Below, piece by piece: positions 28,389-38,156 of a DNA stretch of 64,000 bases. The DNA is taken from the NCBI GenBank assembly GCA_000224765.2, contig AGAU01000412.1, positions 2,529-66,528 on the forward strand, given 5' to 3'. The notes beneath the pieces are model-generated. The model searched no databases. It saw only the letters and a program-made list of their open reading frames with translations, and was not told where the DNA came from. Position 1 is the stretch's first letter. Every line of letters starts with the position of its first letter. This stretch comes from SAR324 cluster bacterium JCVI-SC AAA005. GTDB taxonomy: Bacteria; SAR324; NAC60-12. Position numbers and translations under genes: made by a program.

Positions 28389-29513
28389 TCAAACAGGCTT
28401 GCCATTGGCAACACCCATTTCGACAAGAACAGCTTTCATCGCATCTACTGCAGCCTGCATATCTGCCGGCCAGAGGCACCCAATGCAGCCCACTCGGAAA
28501 CTGGGAGTAAATGTCAGTTTGCCAGGGTATAATATATATCCCCGTTCCTTGACTCGATCATAAAAGGTTTGGAAGTCAAAGGCAGGATCAGCAGGCATCC
28601 GGAAAGTGACAATGATTGGTGCTTGCCGCTCGGAAGGTAACAGAGGCTCGAAACCCAGTTCTGACATCCCAGCAACGAGTGTGTGGCAGTTCTCCGAATA
28701 GCGTGCGTTGCGCCCTGCTACACTTCCTTCTTTATCAAATTGTTCAATCGCCTTGTCAAAGGCAATCAAAACATGTGTTGGTGGGGTAAAGCGCCACTGG
28801 GAGCTAGCCTCCATAACCTGCCACTGATCGTACAAATCCAAGCTCAGCGAGTGTGCATTGCCCTTACATTGTTCCAGCACTCCCTGACGAAGGATCGCGA
28901 AGCCTATTCCCGGCACACCCTCAAGACACTTATTGGAAGAAGCCATCACAGCATCAAACTGTACTTGCTCCGCATCTAAAGGAATGGCACCGAATGCACT
29001 CATCGCATCAATGATCAGTGAGCGTTTGTGCTGGGCAACTATCTCAGCAACCTGTTCCACCGGATTGAGGATTCCTGAGGTCGTCTCACAATGAACAGCT
29101 AGCACATGTGTGATCGAAGGATCTTTGACAAGTGCCTGCTGCAGGGTCTCTAAATCCGGTGGCGAATCTTCAGGTGTTGCCTGGACCACTAAAGACCTCT
29201 GCATGTAGCCAAGCATCTTGGTCATACGCTGACCGTAGGCTCCATTGACCAGTACCAAGGCCTTGCCAGATCGTGGAATCAAGGTTCCCAGCGTAGCCTC
29301 TACCGCAAAAGTTCCACTACCCTGTAGGGGAACACAAACATGGGTAGAAGTAGCTCCAGCAATTTCTAGGAGTTTCTGTCGTACTCGAGCGTTGGCTTCC
29401 AGAAAGGAAGCATCTCTCGAACCCCAGTCATGCAGCATAGCTGCTTTGGTTTCATGAGATGTCGTCAGGGGGCCTGGTGTAAGCAGACGAGGGTCATTAG
29501 GAGTGAGGGACAT
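28389..29513 (-). CDS. phnW: 2-aminoethylphosphonate--pyruvate transaminase
   Basis: 374-aa class-V aminotransferase. The N-terminus PRLLTPGPLTTSHETKAAMLHDWGSRD is characteristic of PhnW. Confidence 0.9.
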   Translation of the reverse strand: MSLTPNDPRLLTPGPLTTSHETKAAMLHDWGSRDASFLEANARVRQKLLEIAGATSTHVCVPLQGSGTFAVEATLGTLIPRSGKALVLVNGAYGQRMTKMLGYMQRSLVVQATPEDSPPDLETLQQALVKDPSITHVLAVHCETTSGILNPVEQVAEIVAQHKRSLIIDAMSAFGAIPLDAEQVQFDAVMASSNKCLEGVPGIGFAILRQGVLEQCKGNAHSLSLDLYDQWQVMEASSQWRFTPPTHVLIAFDKAIEQFDKEGSVAGRNARYSENCHTLVAGMSELGFEPLLPSERQAPIIVTFRMPADPAFDFQTFYDRVKERGYILYPGKLTFTPSFRVGCIGCLWPADMQAAVDAMKAVLVEMGVANGKPV

Positions 29514-29617
29514 TCTAAGACAAAAACCAAGTTAGTGATTGATTGAGCTAGTTACAGATAATAAAATCTAGTTAAAAGTACAAATCCTTGAGTATTAAAA
29601 AGAGATGACAAAAATTA

Positions 29618-30000
29618 TTAATTCACAATCTCACGCTGAATCAAAATTTCTACTTTTTTGATACGATGATAAACAGTTTTTCTATCACATTCTAAGTAAG
29701 ATGCAACTGCAGTAATATTCCAATCCAATTCTTCAATAATATTTTTGAGTAATGACTGATTAGCATCATTTTCTAAAGTACTAAAACGAATTTCTTCAGG
29801 AAGATCTAGTAAAGAAACAGTTTCTTCTCCTAGTATTTGAGCAAGCTCTAGGACGTTCTCTAACTGTCTGATATTTCCTAGCCAATCGTATTGCAATAAT
29901 GCAAATCTAGCAGCTAATTATAGTTGCAAAGATTCCGATTTATATCTTTTGGAAAATATAAATTTATTGATCAGCCAATCCAAATCTTTCCCCTCAAATA
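29618..30000 (-). pseudogene. C-terminal remnant of a sigma-54-dependent (NtrC-family) transcriptional activator
   Basis: The 92-aa ORF begins inside the AAA+ domain (YDWLGNIRQLENV = YDWPGNVRELEN motif) and ends with a Fis-type HTH (NITAVASYLECDRKTVYHRIKK). The same frame upstream reads FEGKDLDWLINKFIFSKRYKSESLQL*LAARFALLQYDW with TAA at 29918-29920. No receiver domain or Walker region is present. Confidence 0.6.
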
Positions 30001-30553
30001 CATTTCTTCCCTGCTTCTTTTGACACCTCATCCAAGCACCAGCACATTCCCAAACTTGATCTGAAAGTGAAGATTGAAAGGATTGTAAGTTACCAATGAA
30101 TCTTCTAGCTGGCGTCAGAACAGAAGACTTTCAATTGCTGGAAGCTGCAAACGGAGATTCCTTTAAATCTCTTGTTTTGAATTTTGAACTACTGGAATCC
30201 TACACAATCGTTAACCTACAGCACCCATATAGTGAAGATGTTTTCAAGATTTGGCATAATGACCAAGTATGATTTTGAATTCAAACAATCTGTAGATCTT
30301 GCTGTACATTCTAACACAGTTCGCCTGTTCAACGAATCTGAGAATCGAGTCTAAATTAGAAGAGTAATTCCTTTCTCTGATTTGGCTCTAAATAGAATCG
30401 GGAAGCTTTCCTCTATGTTATTGGATTTGGGAGTATTCTTTTACTTCTTTCTATCTTGGGTTCTGATCCTTAACGAGTAAATTTAGCAACAAAACTTCAG
30501 AGTTCGTGTATTTGTGCTTTTTGTGAGCGCTGCCAGTCCATTTTGTGAGAAAT

Positions 30554-31093
30554 TCAGATCTCTTCATTAAACGCCATCACTTCACAACGTCCATAGCTCT
30601 GCGTAGGAATAACTGCACCATCTTTAGTAATTGTGTGCTGTGATGTCGTTGCGACAAAAGTTCCTGCCTCCCGGTTTTCTCGCATCACCATCACTGCCGT
30701 GGTATGGATGGGTCGCTCCGGGTTGACTTCCAGAAAATTCAGTGCTTCCAGGGTACGGATGATAAAGACTTCCTGAATTCCACTTGGTTCACCTGGGACT
30801 CTCTTGATCAAACGGGCCTTGCTTCCTTTTTGCGGAATGGCCGCAAAGATATACTCCATGTTTTCGATGGTATCTTCTTTCGACCAAGTTGTTTCCCAAG
30901 AAGTCCAGTTGGTAGTCACCTGTCGAGTGAACAAACAACGTAGACTCTTGGCCTTCAAAATGTTTGCATCGCGAATAAACAATGCATCTTCTGCCGCATG
31001 TAATGGACTGGTGAAGAGAATCATGAGTAGGGCCAACAATCCAAAAATCATGGGTCGACTCTGGCAATGGGTTCCAAAAATTTTATTCTCCAA
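30554..31093 (-). CDS. hypothetical secreted protein
   Basis: 179-aa ORF with a signal peptide (MIFGLLALLMILFTSPLHAAEDA). No family recognised. Confidence 0.55.
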   Translation of the reverse strand: MENKIFGTHCQSRPMIFGLLALLMILFTSPLHAAEDALFIRDANILKAKSLRCLFTRQVTTNWTSWETTWSKEDTIENMEYIFAAIPQKGSKARLIKRVPGEPSGIQEVFIIRTLEALNFLEVNPERPIHTTAVMVMRENREAGTFVATTSQHTITKDGAVIPTQSYGRCEVMAFNEEI

Positions 31094-31435
31094 AATCTTT
31101 GTTCTGAAGAGAATTGATGTGATTTAACTTCTACACAATTGCAGGTTTTCTTCCTTCTAGACAAATTCATCTATTTTCTGAGGTTTTCCCCTACTCGTGT
31201 TTGTTCCTTATTCTTTCTGATTCAATCAATATCATCACGAAAGTAGGAGATGGCTGGATTCTTGTTCCATTTACTAGTAAAAGACTTTTTACAATAAGTT
31301 TTATTACTAGATTTTCTCAAACTGAATCATTGAATGGCCTTGTTTCAAAACAGATCTGAGTCATTGAATTTGCGAGTCAACAAAACTTTCATCATTCAAG
31401 CAGAAGATTCACTACTCATCCCGAAAAGGTAGACG

Positions 31436-31786
31436 ATGAATCCGCTATTTCCACCAAAAGTTATGGATCGAAGACAGCAAGATCGAAGGGCAAACGAACG
31501 TCGATCAGATGAAAGAAGACACCATGACCGAAGATCTGGTTCAGGAGAGGTAGACAGAGAACGCCGTCAAAGAGAGGAACTAGTGGAGCTGACAGATCGT
31601 CGTCTGACGGATCGGCGCAGTCAGGATCGGCGGGAACACGATCGTAGGAAAATCAATTTATTGCTGAATCCAGAAGCACAGGAACTCTTGGCAAAAACAC
31701 CCTGGATGGAAGAACTGCTTGTCAAGATTTCCGAAGATCAAAATAGTTCTAACGAAGATCAAAATCCGCCCACCCTAGCGTCCTAA
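31436..31786 (+). CDS. hypothetical Arg/Asp-rich protein with period-5 xx[DE]RR repeats
   Basis: 116-aa ORF. The N-terminal two-thirds carries 10 [DE]RR triplets (DRRQQDRRANERRSDERRHHDRR ... TDRRLTDRRSQDRREHDRR). The C-terminal 40 aa are non-repetitive. Confidence 0.5.
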   Translation: MNPLFPPKVMDRRQQDRRANERRSDERRHHDRRSGSGEVDRERRQREELVELTDRRLTDRRSQDRREHDRRKINLLLNPEAQELLAKTPWMEELLVKISEDQNSSNEDQNPPTLAS

Positions 31787-31810
31787 TCCATAAGCAGCAC
31801 TCCTCCCCTC

Positions 31811-33169
31811 TCAGAGATACCTTTCCCGTATCGGAGAAACCGCGTTTTCGTGGGAGGAAAACCCTTCATAGCGGGCCAGGACTCTAGCTCTTTTGGCAAG
31901 TTCTGGATAGGCTGGAGGAGTAACGTATCCTACCGAACTTCGCTTCATAAAATCGTGAACAGACAGCGGACCATGGGTTTGGGCACCCTGACTTGTCGGC
32001 AGCACAGCATTGGGACCTAGTGAAAAATTACCAATGCATACCGGGGTATGAGGGCCCATCAAGATTTCTGCTGCCTCTGTGATATGGCCCAAATGGGTGA
32101 ACGGCTCTGTTGATAAAAGTTCTAAGTGCTCTGGAGCATAGTCATTGATGAACTGGTAGCTTTCCTCGACTGATGATGTCAGCAAAATTCCCCCATATGG
32201 TCCTGTCAGTACGATTTTAGAAAACTCTTCCCGCTGTGCCGTCATCTTGGCCCAATGATCAGGCAAAGCAGCCATAGCTTCTTCCGCCACACGGCGAGAA
32301 TGTGTGACTAAGTAAGCTGAACTATCCGGGCCATGTTCCGCTTCAATCAGCAGATCAAGCGCGGCAAGTCCACCATGAACACTATCATCAGCAAAGATAA
32401 TTGCTTCAGACGGCCCAGCTGGCAAACCAGGGTCAATAATATCAGATAGCAATCGTTTAGCTGCCACGACCCAAGGGCTACCTGGGCCAACAATCTTAAG
32501 TGCACGTTCTACAGTCTCAGTACCAAACGCAGCAGCAGCTACTGCCTGCGCTCCCCCACACTTGTAGACCGTATCGACACCTGCAATGCTTGCTGCTACC
32601 AGAGTTGCGGCATCCACAGATCCATTCGGCAATGGGGGAGTGAAGACTGCCAACTTGGGCACCTCAGCCACCATACCTGGTACTGTAGTCATCATTGTCA
32701 CTGATGGGAAAGCTCCCTTCCCACGCGGCACGTAGATCGCGACAGAGCGAATTGGAGTTAGTCGATCTCCAGCATAAGCCCCTGGGCGAATCTCCTTCAT
32801 CCACATAGTTTCTGGCTTCTGCTCCTCATGGAAAATTCTGATGTTGGTAATGCCATAGCGAATCGCTTCAATGACTGCTTCTTCGACTTCTTCAAACGCG
32901 ACAGCAAACTCCGCTTCACTTACCTTCAGTGCTTCCTTACTCAGTGGCGTAGAACCGTCCAATTGCTGGCCGAAACGAACTAGAGCTTCATCTCCTTCAG
33001 CACGCACCGCCTCGATGATAGGCTGCACCTTCTCCAGAAAGTTTGAGAGATCAGCCTCTGAACGCTTTAGCAAAGCTTTATAATCCTTGGCTTTCAGCTT
33101 ACTAGTTTCGTGAAAAGATACGGTTGACATGAGGCGGTACCTTTTTAAGTGAGTTTTGGTGAGGGTCAC
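31811..33169 (-). CDS. histidinol-dehydrogenase-family NAD-dependent dehydrogenase (HisD paralogue, substrate unknown)
   Basis: 452-aa ORF with HisD motifs GGAQAVAA, LPAGPSEAIIFAD, EAEHG, YAPEHLELL and EGFSSHENAV. The GTG start overlaps the stop of the upstream permease (GTGA). The alternative start is ATG at 33130. Confidence 0.85.
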   Translation of the reverse strand: MTLTKTHLKRYRLMSTVSFHETSKLKAKDYKALLKRSEADLSNFLEKVQPIIEAVRAEGDEALVRFGQQLDGSTPLSKEALKVSEAEFAVAFEEVEEAVIEAIRYGITNIRIFHEEQKPETMWMKEIRPGAYAGDRLTPIRSVAIYVPRGKGAFPSVTMMTTVPGMVAEVPKLAVFTPPLPNGSVDAATLVAASIAGVDTVYKCGGAQAVAAAAFGTETVERALKIVGPGSPWVVAAKRLLSDIIDPGLPAGPSEAIIFADDSVHGGLAALDLLIEAEHGPDSSAYLVTHSRRVAEEAMAALPDHWAKMTAQREEFSKIVLTGPYGGILLTSSVEESYQFINDYAPEHLELLSTEPFTHLGHITEAAEILMGPHTPVCIGNFSLGPNAVLPTSQGAQTHGPLSVHDFMKRSSVGYVTPPAYPELAKRARVLARYEGFSSHENAVSPIRERYL

Positions 33170-33966
33170 TTCGATTTCAGAAAGATTTCCAACCCAACCA
33201 GTTTGTCTAGCACAGTAATAGCCAACATCGCCACTGCGATAAAAACTACAGATACAGCCGCGAGGTCTGGGGTAATGATTGAACGGATTGAATTGTAGAC
33301 TTGAACAGGGAGTGTAACAATCCGAGCGTCTACCAGCAACAGGCTAACAAGAAATTCATTCAGAGATAAAATGAACATCAGCAGAGAGCCTGTGATGATT
33401 CCCGGCATCACCGATGGCAAGGTCACATAGAAAAAGGTTTGAACCGGGCCAGCACCACAACTTTGAGCAGCAAGCTCTAGATCAGGATCTAGGCCTGCAG
33501 CACTGGAGGAAACCGCCCAAATCATGAAGGGAAGGTTGATCACAGCGGTAGCTACACCAACCGGCCAAAGGCTTCCAAGAATACCAACCTCACCAAAGAC
33601 CAGCATCAATCCGATTCCCGAACCAATCAGTGGGATTGTAAACGGTAGTAGGAGATAGGTCTGAATCAAAGCCCTCTTACGTAATCGATACTTTGTCAGA
33701 GCGACCCCTGCCAAGGTCCCAGTAGGCAAAGAGATAAACACACAAATCATGGCCACCCAGATTGAGCGGATGAAGGCATCCTGCAACTCCTGCTTCTCTA
33801 CGAGAGCTTCATACCACTTCAAGGACAACCCATCAGGGGGGAAAACGATGATATTTCCAGAAGTCAGGGAGGCTCCAAGCACAACCAGCGTTGGTGCAGA
33901 GAGGGTGATGATCGAGATGACTACTAGTATCCAGAAAAACAATTTCTGGGAAATTGGCTGGTTCAT
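33166..33966 (-). CDS. ABC transporter permease (PotC-like)
   Basis: 266-aa protein with 6 TM segments and a binding-protein-dependent transport inner-membrane component pattern. It overlaps both neighbouring genes by 4 nt. Confidence 0.85.
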   Translation of the reverse strand: MNQPISQKLFFWILVVISIITLSAPTLVVLGASLTSGNIIVFPPDGLSLKWYEALVEKQELQDAFIRSIWVAMICVFISLPTGTLAGVALTKYRLRKRALIQTYLLLPFTIPLIGSGIGLMLVFGEVGILGSLWPVGVATAVINLPFMIWAVSSSAAGLDPDLELAAQSCGAGPVQTFFYVTLPSVMPGIITGSLLMFILSLNEFLVSLLLVDARIVTLPVQVYNSIRSIITPDLAAVSVVFIAVAMLAITVLDKLVGLEIFLKSK

Positions 33967-34907
33967 TTATCTTTTGCGCCTAGGGCCAATGTCCCTGCAC
34001 CAACTAACATAAAAATAACCCAAACTAAGAGTGAACCAATTACAATCAATATGACTGCCAGACTAGAACCAAATCCCTGGTCAGATGTCCGGAAAAACTG
34101 GTCATAGATTGCATTCGCTACAAAATCTTGAGTTCCTCCACCCAGAATAGCTGGCATCGCAAAATCTGTCAGAGAGAGGGTCAGGACCACTAAACCCGCA
34201 CCGATCAGCCCTGGCTTAGCCATTGGAAGTACCACATGAAGCATCGTTTCCACCCAGGAAGCTCCAAGGGATTCGGAAGCAGCTTCAATTTCTTCAGGAA
34301 TCGCAGTTAACGCCGGAGCCAGCATTAATACAGCAAATGGGAACATGTACTGAACTAGCCCGAAAAGAACTGAAGGATAGTTGAAAAGCATTCGTAATGG
34401 TTCAATACCAACCAACCCCAGTATATCATTCACTATCCCTTGTTTGCCCAAGATAATCAGCCATCCGTAAGCGCGTACTACTTGTCCAATAAAAAAAGGC
34501 AAAAACAGAGCAATTAGCAAGAATTTGCGTAGAAATGCGCTTCGGGTTCTTACCATAACGTAGGTATAGGGGAAGGCTAGTAGCAATGTAATCATGGTAA
34601 CAATGGTTGCACCAAGAATACTTCGCCAGATGACAGATCGAATGAATGGCTCTGTCAGTGCTCGCTCGTAGTTTGTTAGCGACCACTCCTCCGAGAAAAG
34701 GAAGGTACTTGTGTCAAGTGTTCTTAGGGATATATCACCAATATAACCAAGCCCTAGAACAAGCAGACCAATCAACAAAATTGCAGGACTCAGCATTAAA
34801 TAAGGATTCCATAGACCTCCTCCCTTGGGCCAAATTTTGCTGAAAACAGCCTCTAGTATATCCATCAAGTGCCAAGTCAATGGATAAGAAGATGGATTAC
34901 GTCTCAT
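33963..34907 (-). CDS. ABC transporter permease (PotB-like)
   Basis: 314-aa polytopic membrane protein with an EAA-type loop (EEIEAASESLGASWVETMLHVVLP). Confidence 0.85.
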   Translation of the reverse strand: MRRNPSSYPLTWHLMDILEAVFSKIWPKGGGLWNPYLMLSPAILLIGLLVLGLGYIGDISLRTLDTSTFLFSEEWSLTNYERALTEPFIRSVIWRSILGATIVTMITLLLAFPYTYVMVRTRSAFLRKFLLIALFLPFFIGQVVRAYGWLIILGKQGIVNDILGLVGIEPLRMLFNYPSVLFGLVQYMFPFAVLMLAPALTAIPEEIEAASESLGASWVETMLHVVLPMAKPGLIGAGLVVLTLSLTDFAMPAILGGGTQDFVANAIYDQFFRTSDQGFGSSLAVILIVIGSLLVWVIFMLVGAGTLALGAKDK

Positions 34908-34975
34908 CAGTTTCCGATCAATCTATGAAACCACTGGAACTTTAAATTAAAGCCCAGTGGCTGAACTGTTCAAGA

Positions 34976-36076
34976 TCACCCCTGCATGATCGCCTTGAAC
35001 TTCGAGAACCACTCACTCTCGTTTTCTACCTGAATCTTGCCTGAGATACGGATCAACCGATCGAAGTCAGCTGGCTTAGTTGGATAGGAAGGATCTCCAG
35101 CTAATCCTGGTGGAGGTTGCAGTCCAGGAATGACTCCGGGCAATCCTAAACCATCCAGCCAGATCTGCTGAGATTCTTTGCTCAGGGCTTGGTTGATATA
35201 TTCTTTGCACCAATACAAATCTCCTTCAGAATGTCCTCTAGGAATCCAAAGCCCATCTGTGTCAAACTTGGCTCCCTCCTTTGGAATCGTCCAGGCGATA
35301 TCTACTCCATTTCTTTTGGCTCCTAGTGCATTTGTTGAAATCGTACATGCAGCATCAATTTCTCCATTTTGGAACCACGTCACAAAATCAGGATCTTCTC
35401 CAAGTAATGGTTCTTGAGCTTTGATCTTGGATACAAAATCCCAGCAGGGCTTCATATTACTTGGAATCCCGTCCAATTTCCCACCACCAGCAACCTGTGC
35501 TGGAAAGTGGAATCCAATCCCATCGTTGTAGAATGCTAGCCGTCCCTTAAATTTTGGATCAAGCAGATCGTGATAAGATTCTGGTGGTCCACTTGGAAAG
35601 GCACTCGGCCGGTATGCCAACACATAGACATATCCGTAGGTATTGACGATCGGATACCCATCTACGCCCACAGGCTTTGCCAAATCAGTGGTTCCTTTTA
35701 AATTGGGCAGGTCGGAAAGATCCTCACACACCCCACGAAGTGCCGACTTAGTAGCATTAGTCGTCGTGTCCCAATTGATATGAATCGGGGGGGTTCGCTT
35801 TTGAGCAACAGCAGCCCAAACCTTGGGTTGTATTTCGTTATCCTCTGTTAGATCGTGTCGTACTTGAATGCCAGTCTTAGCCGTAAATGGGTCTGAAACA
35901 CCAGCTTTCAGTGCTTCCACCCACGGACCACCCCAAGCTCGAATAATAATTTCTTTTGGCTTTGCAGGGGCTGCCTTCAGTAAAGATGGCGCCATAGATC
36001 CAGCTGCACCAGCAATTCCTAGCAGGGCAGTGGTCTTCAGTAAATTTCTCCGTTTGATCTGCTTGTCGAAAGTCAT
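34976..36076 (-). CDS. ABC transporter periplasmic substrate-binding protein (PotD/PotF-like) with Tat-type signal
   Basis: 366-aa ORF. N-terminus is KRRNLLKTTALLGIAGAAGSMAPSLLKA, followed by a family-1 solute-binding fold pattern. Confidence 0.85.
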   Translation of the reverse strand: MTFDKQIKRRNLLKTTALLGIAGAAGSMAPSLLKAAPAKPKEIIIRAWGGPWVEALKAGVSDPFTAKTGIQVRHDLTEDNEIQPKVWAAVAQKRTPPIHINWDTTTNATKSALRGVCEDLSDLPNLKGTTDLAKPVGVDGYPIVNTYGYVYVLAYRPSAFPSGPPESYHDLLDPKFKGRLAFYNDGIGFHFPAQVAGGGKLDGIPSNMKPCWDFVSKIKAQEPLLGEDPDFVTWFQNGEIDAACTISTNALGAKRNGVDIAWTIPKEGAKFDTDGLWIPRGHSEGDLYWCKEYINQALSKESQQIWLDGLGLPGVIPGLQPPPGLAGDPSYPTKPADFDRLIRISGKIQVENESEWFSKFKAIMQG

Positions 36077-36121
36077 ACTAAACTCCTGACTCTGGTTTAG
36101 ACTCGGCTATTGCCAAGTCAA

Positions 36122-37228
36122 TCAATCCACGACAAAGACATACATGTCGCGGCTCTGCCATCCAACGAAGACCGTCTCTCCTATCTCAAATGTTGAGAAG
36201 TCTCGCTGGTCATGGTGAATGACCCTAATGAGCGTATTAGATAACGCTGCCACCGAAAGTTCGTAGAGAATCCTTTCTCCCTCAAAAATAACATCCGTTA
36301 CCCGACCATCAAAACAAACCTCACAGTCTCTGTTTTCTGATTGCCTCCGAAACAGTCGAACCTGTTCTGCACGGACAGTAGCCTTCACTAAAACTCCCTG
36401 GGCCAGCGTCGAGTTCTCACTTTTTAGAGTACCAATCAGCATCTGTTGACTGATTCTGATTACTACCTGCTGCCCCTCTAGTGACTCCAGCGTTCCATGA
36501 AACAGGTTAGTTACCCCTACAAAATTCGCTACAAAAGGATTCGATGGAGAACGGTAGATCTCCAAAGGGGTGGCATCCTGCTGGATTTCTCCGTGATTCA
36601 TCACAATGATTTGGTCAGAAACCACCAGTGCCTCCCGCTGATCATGGGTAACATTGATCGTGGTGACACCAAGTTCCTTCTGAATCCTCCGAAACTCTAG
36701 TTGCATTTCTTCACGTAGCTTACGATCCAAGGCCGCCAATGGTTCGTCTAAAAGAAGTAGGTCTGGTTCAAAAACTAAGGCTCGAGCAATCGCTACACGC
36801 TGCTGCTGCCCTCCTGAAAGTTCATTGATCCGACGACCACCAAGCCCTTCCAAGCGAACCAGGTACAAGTATTTCTTGACCCGCTCAGAGATCATACGTG
36901 CATCAAACCTTCGCATTTTCAAAGGAAATGCTACATTCTCTGACGCAGTCATATGTGGAAACAACGCAAGGCGTTGGAATACCATCCCAATCGAGCGTTT
37001 GTTAGGAGCTACCTCTCTAACAGTTTGTCCCTTGATAAAAATTTCACCCTGATTTGGCTGCTGAAAGCCAGCAATCAACCTGAGTAAAGTGGTCTTTCCA
37101 GAGCCTGAGGGACCCAAAACTGTAAGAAATCGGCCCTCCTCCAGCTCAAAACCCACGTTCTTGACCGCATGTACATCCCCAAACTGAAACCAGACGTTTG
37201 ATGCAGAAACTGCGGGAATTCTATTCAA
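36122..37228 (-). CDS. ABC transporter ATP-binding protein (PotA-like)
   Basis: Walker A GPSGSGKTT, signature LSGGQQQRVAIARAL, Walker B LLLLDEPLAALD, and a C-terminal TOBE-like domain. Confidence 0.9.
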   Translation of the reverse strand: MNRIPAVSASNVWFQFGDVHAVKNVGFELEEGRFLTVLGPSGSGKTTLLRLIAGFQQPNQGEIFIKGQTVREVAPNKRSIGMVFQRLALFPHMTASENVAFPLKMRRFDARMISERVKKYLYLVRLEGLGGRRINELSGGQQQRVAIARALVFEPDLLLLDEPLAALDRKLREEMQLEFRRIQKELGVTTINVTHDQREALVVSDQIIVMNHGEIQQDATPLEIYRSPSNPFVANFVGVTNLFHGTLESLEGQQVVIRISQQMLIGTLKSENSTLAQGVLVKATVRAEQVRLFRRQSENRDCEVCFDGRVTDVIFEGERILYELSVAALSNTLIRVIHHDQRDFSTFEIGETVFVGWQSRDMYVFVVD

Positions 37229-37304
37229 TGTAAGAAATTTGGGCTAGAGTCATTCACTGGTGGTTCAATCCAAAATGTTGTTATAAGAGAACAGAGATAG
37301 CCTT

Positions 37305-38075
37305 TCAGATGGATGCGAGATAGCCCCCATCGATGGCCAAACATTGGCCGGTAATATATTTTGCAGCATCACTAACAAGGAAAATGACCGCACCTTTGAG
37401 GTCGTTGGCCTGGCCAAAGCTATTCAATGGGATCTTCTGCAGCATAGCTTGCTGCCAAGCCTCTTCACGATAGAAATCCTCGGTTAACTCTGTCCGGAAG
37501 TAGCCTGGCGCAATCGCATTTACTCGAATTTTCTCACTTGCCCATTCCGTTGAGAGCGCACGTGTCATGCCCAACAATCCCGACTTGGAGGAACCATAGG
37601 GCACAGCAGTTGGCACACCCACATATGATGTGAGGGAACATACATTGACAATAGCACCACCTCTACCGGAACGTACCATACTATTTGCAGCAGCTTGGGC
37701 AGCGAAAAAGGCCCCCTTAAGATTGGTTTCCATAATAGTATCCCAAGTTTCCTCAGTCAATTCATAGGAAGGACACACTTGTTCATAGCCCGCATTATTG
37801 ACAAGGATATCTATTTCTCCAACCTGCTGAGCAACTGTCTGAAGTCTGCTCTTCATCGCAGGAACATCACGCACATCTAACTCTATTTGTCGGAACTCAC
37901 CTCCAAAATCGGTGATCTGAGATTGTGTCTCCTTGAGTGCTTTTAAGGAACGAGAAGTTATCGCTACCGTTGCACCCGCCTCTGCTAAGCCAATTGCGAT
38001 TGCCTGACCAAGTCCTCGACTAGCTCCGGTAACAATTGCATTTTTTCCTGACAGGTCAATGGTGAAACCTTTCAC
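37305..38075 (-). CDS. short-chain dehydrogenase/reductase
   Basis: 256-aa ORF with TGASRGLGQAIA, NNAG and YGSSK catalytic motifs. It heads the ABC/HisD-like operon. Confidence 0.85.
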   Translation of the reverse strand: MKGFTIDLSGKNAIVTGASRGLGQAIAIGLAEAGATVAITSRSLKALKETQSQITDFGGEFRQIELDVRDVPAMKSRLQTVAQQVGEIDILVNNAGYEQVCPSYELTEETWDTIMETNLKGAFFAAQAAANSMVRSGRGGAIVNVCSLTSYVGVPTAVPYGSSKSGLLGMTRALSTEWASEKIRVNAIAPGYFRTELTEDFYREEAWQQAMLQKIPLNSFGQANDLKGAVIFLVSDAAKYITGQCLAIDGGYLASI

Positions 38076-38156
38076 TTAAAAGTCTCCTTGCAGAAAAGTA
38101 ATTAAAGGGATAAGCATATTCTTAACAAGAAAATCTTATAATAAAAGTAATTTTCA

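Noticed and set aside
30097-30273. 58-aa plus-strand ORF (MNLLAGVRTEDFQLLEAANGDSFKSL...) in the spacer next to the sigma-54 activator remnant
   Set aside because: It is below the ORF-track threshold, with no RBS or recognisable motif, in a region that otherwise looks like decayed sequence. There is not enough support to call a gene.
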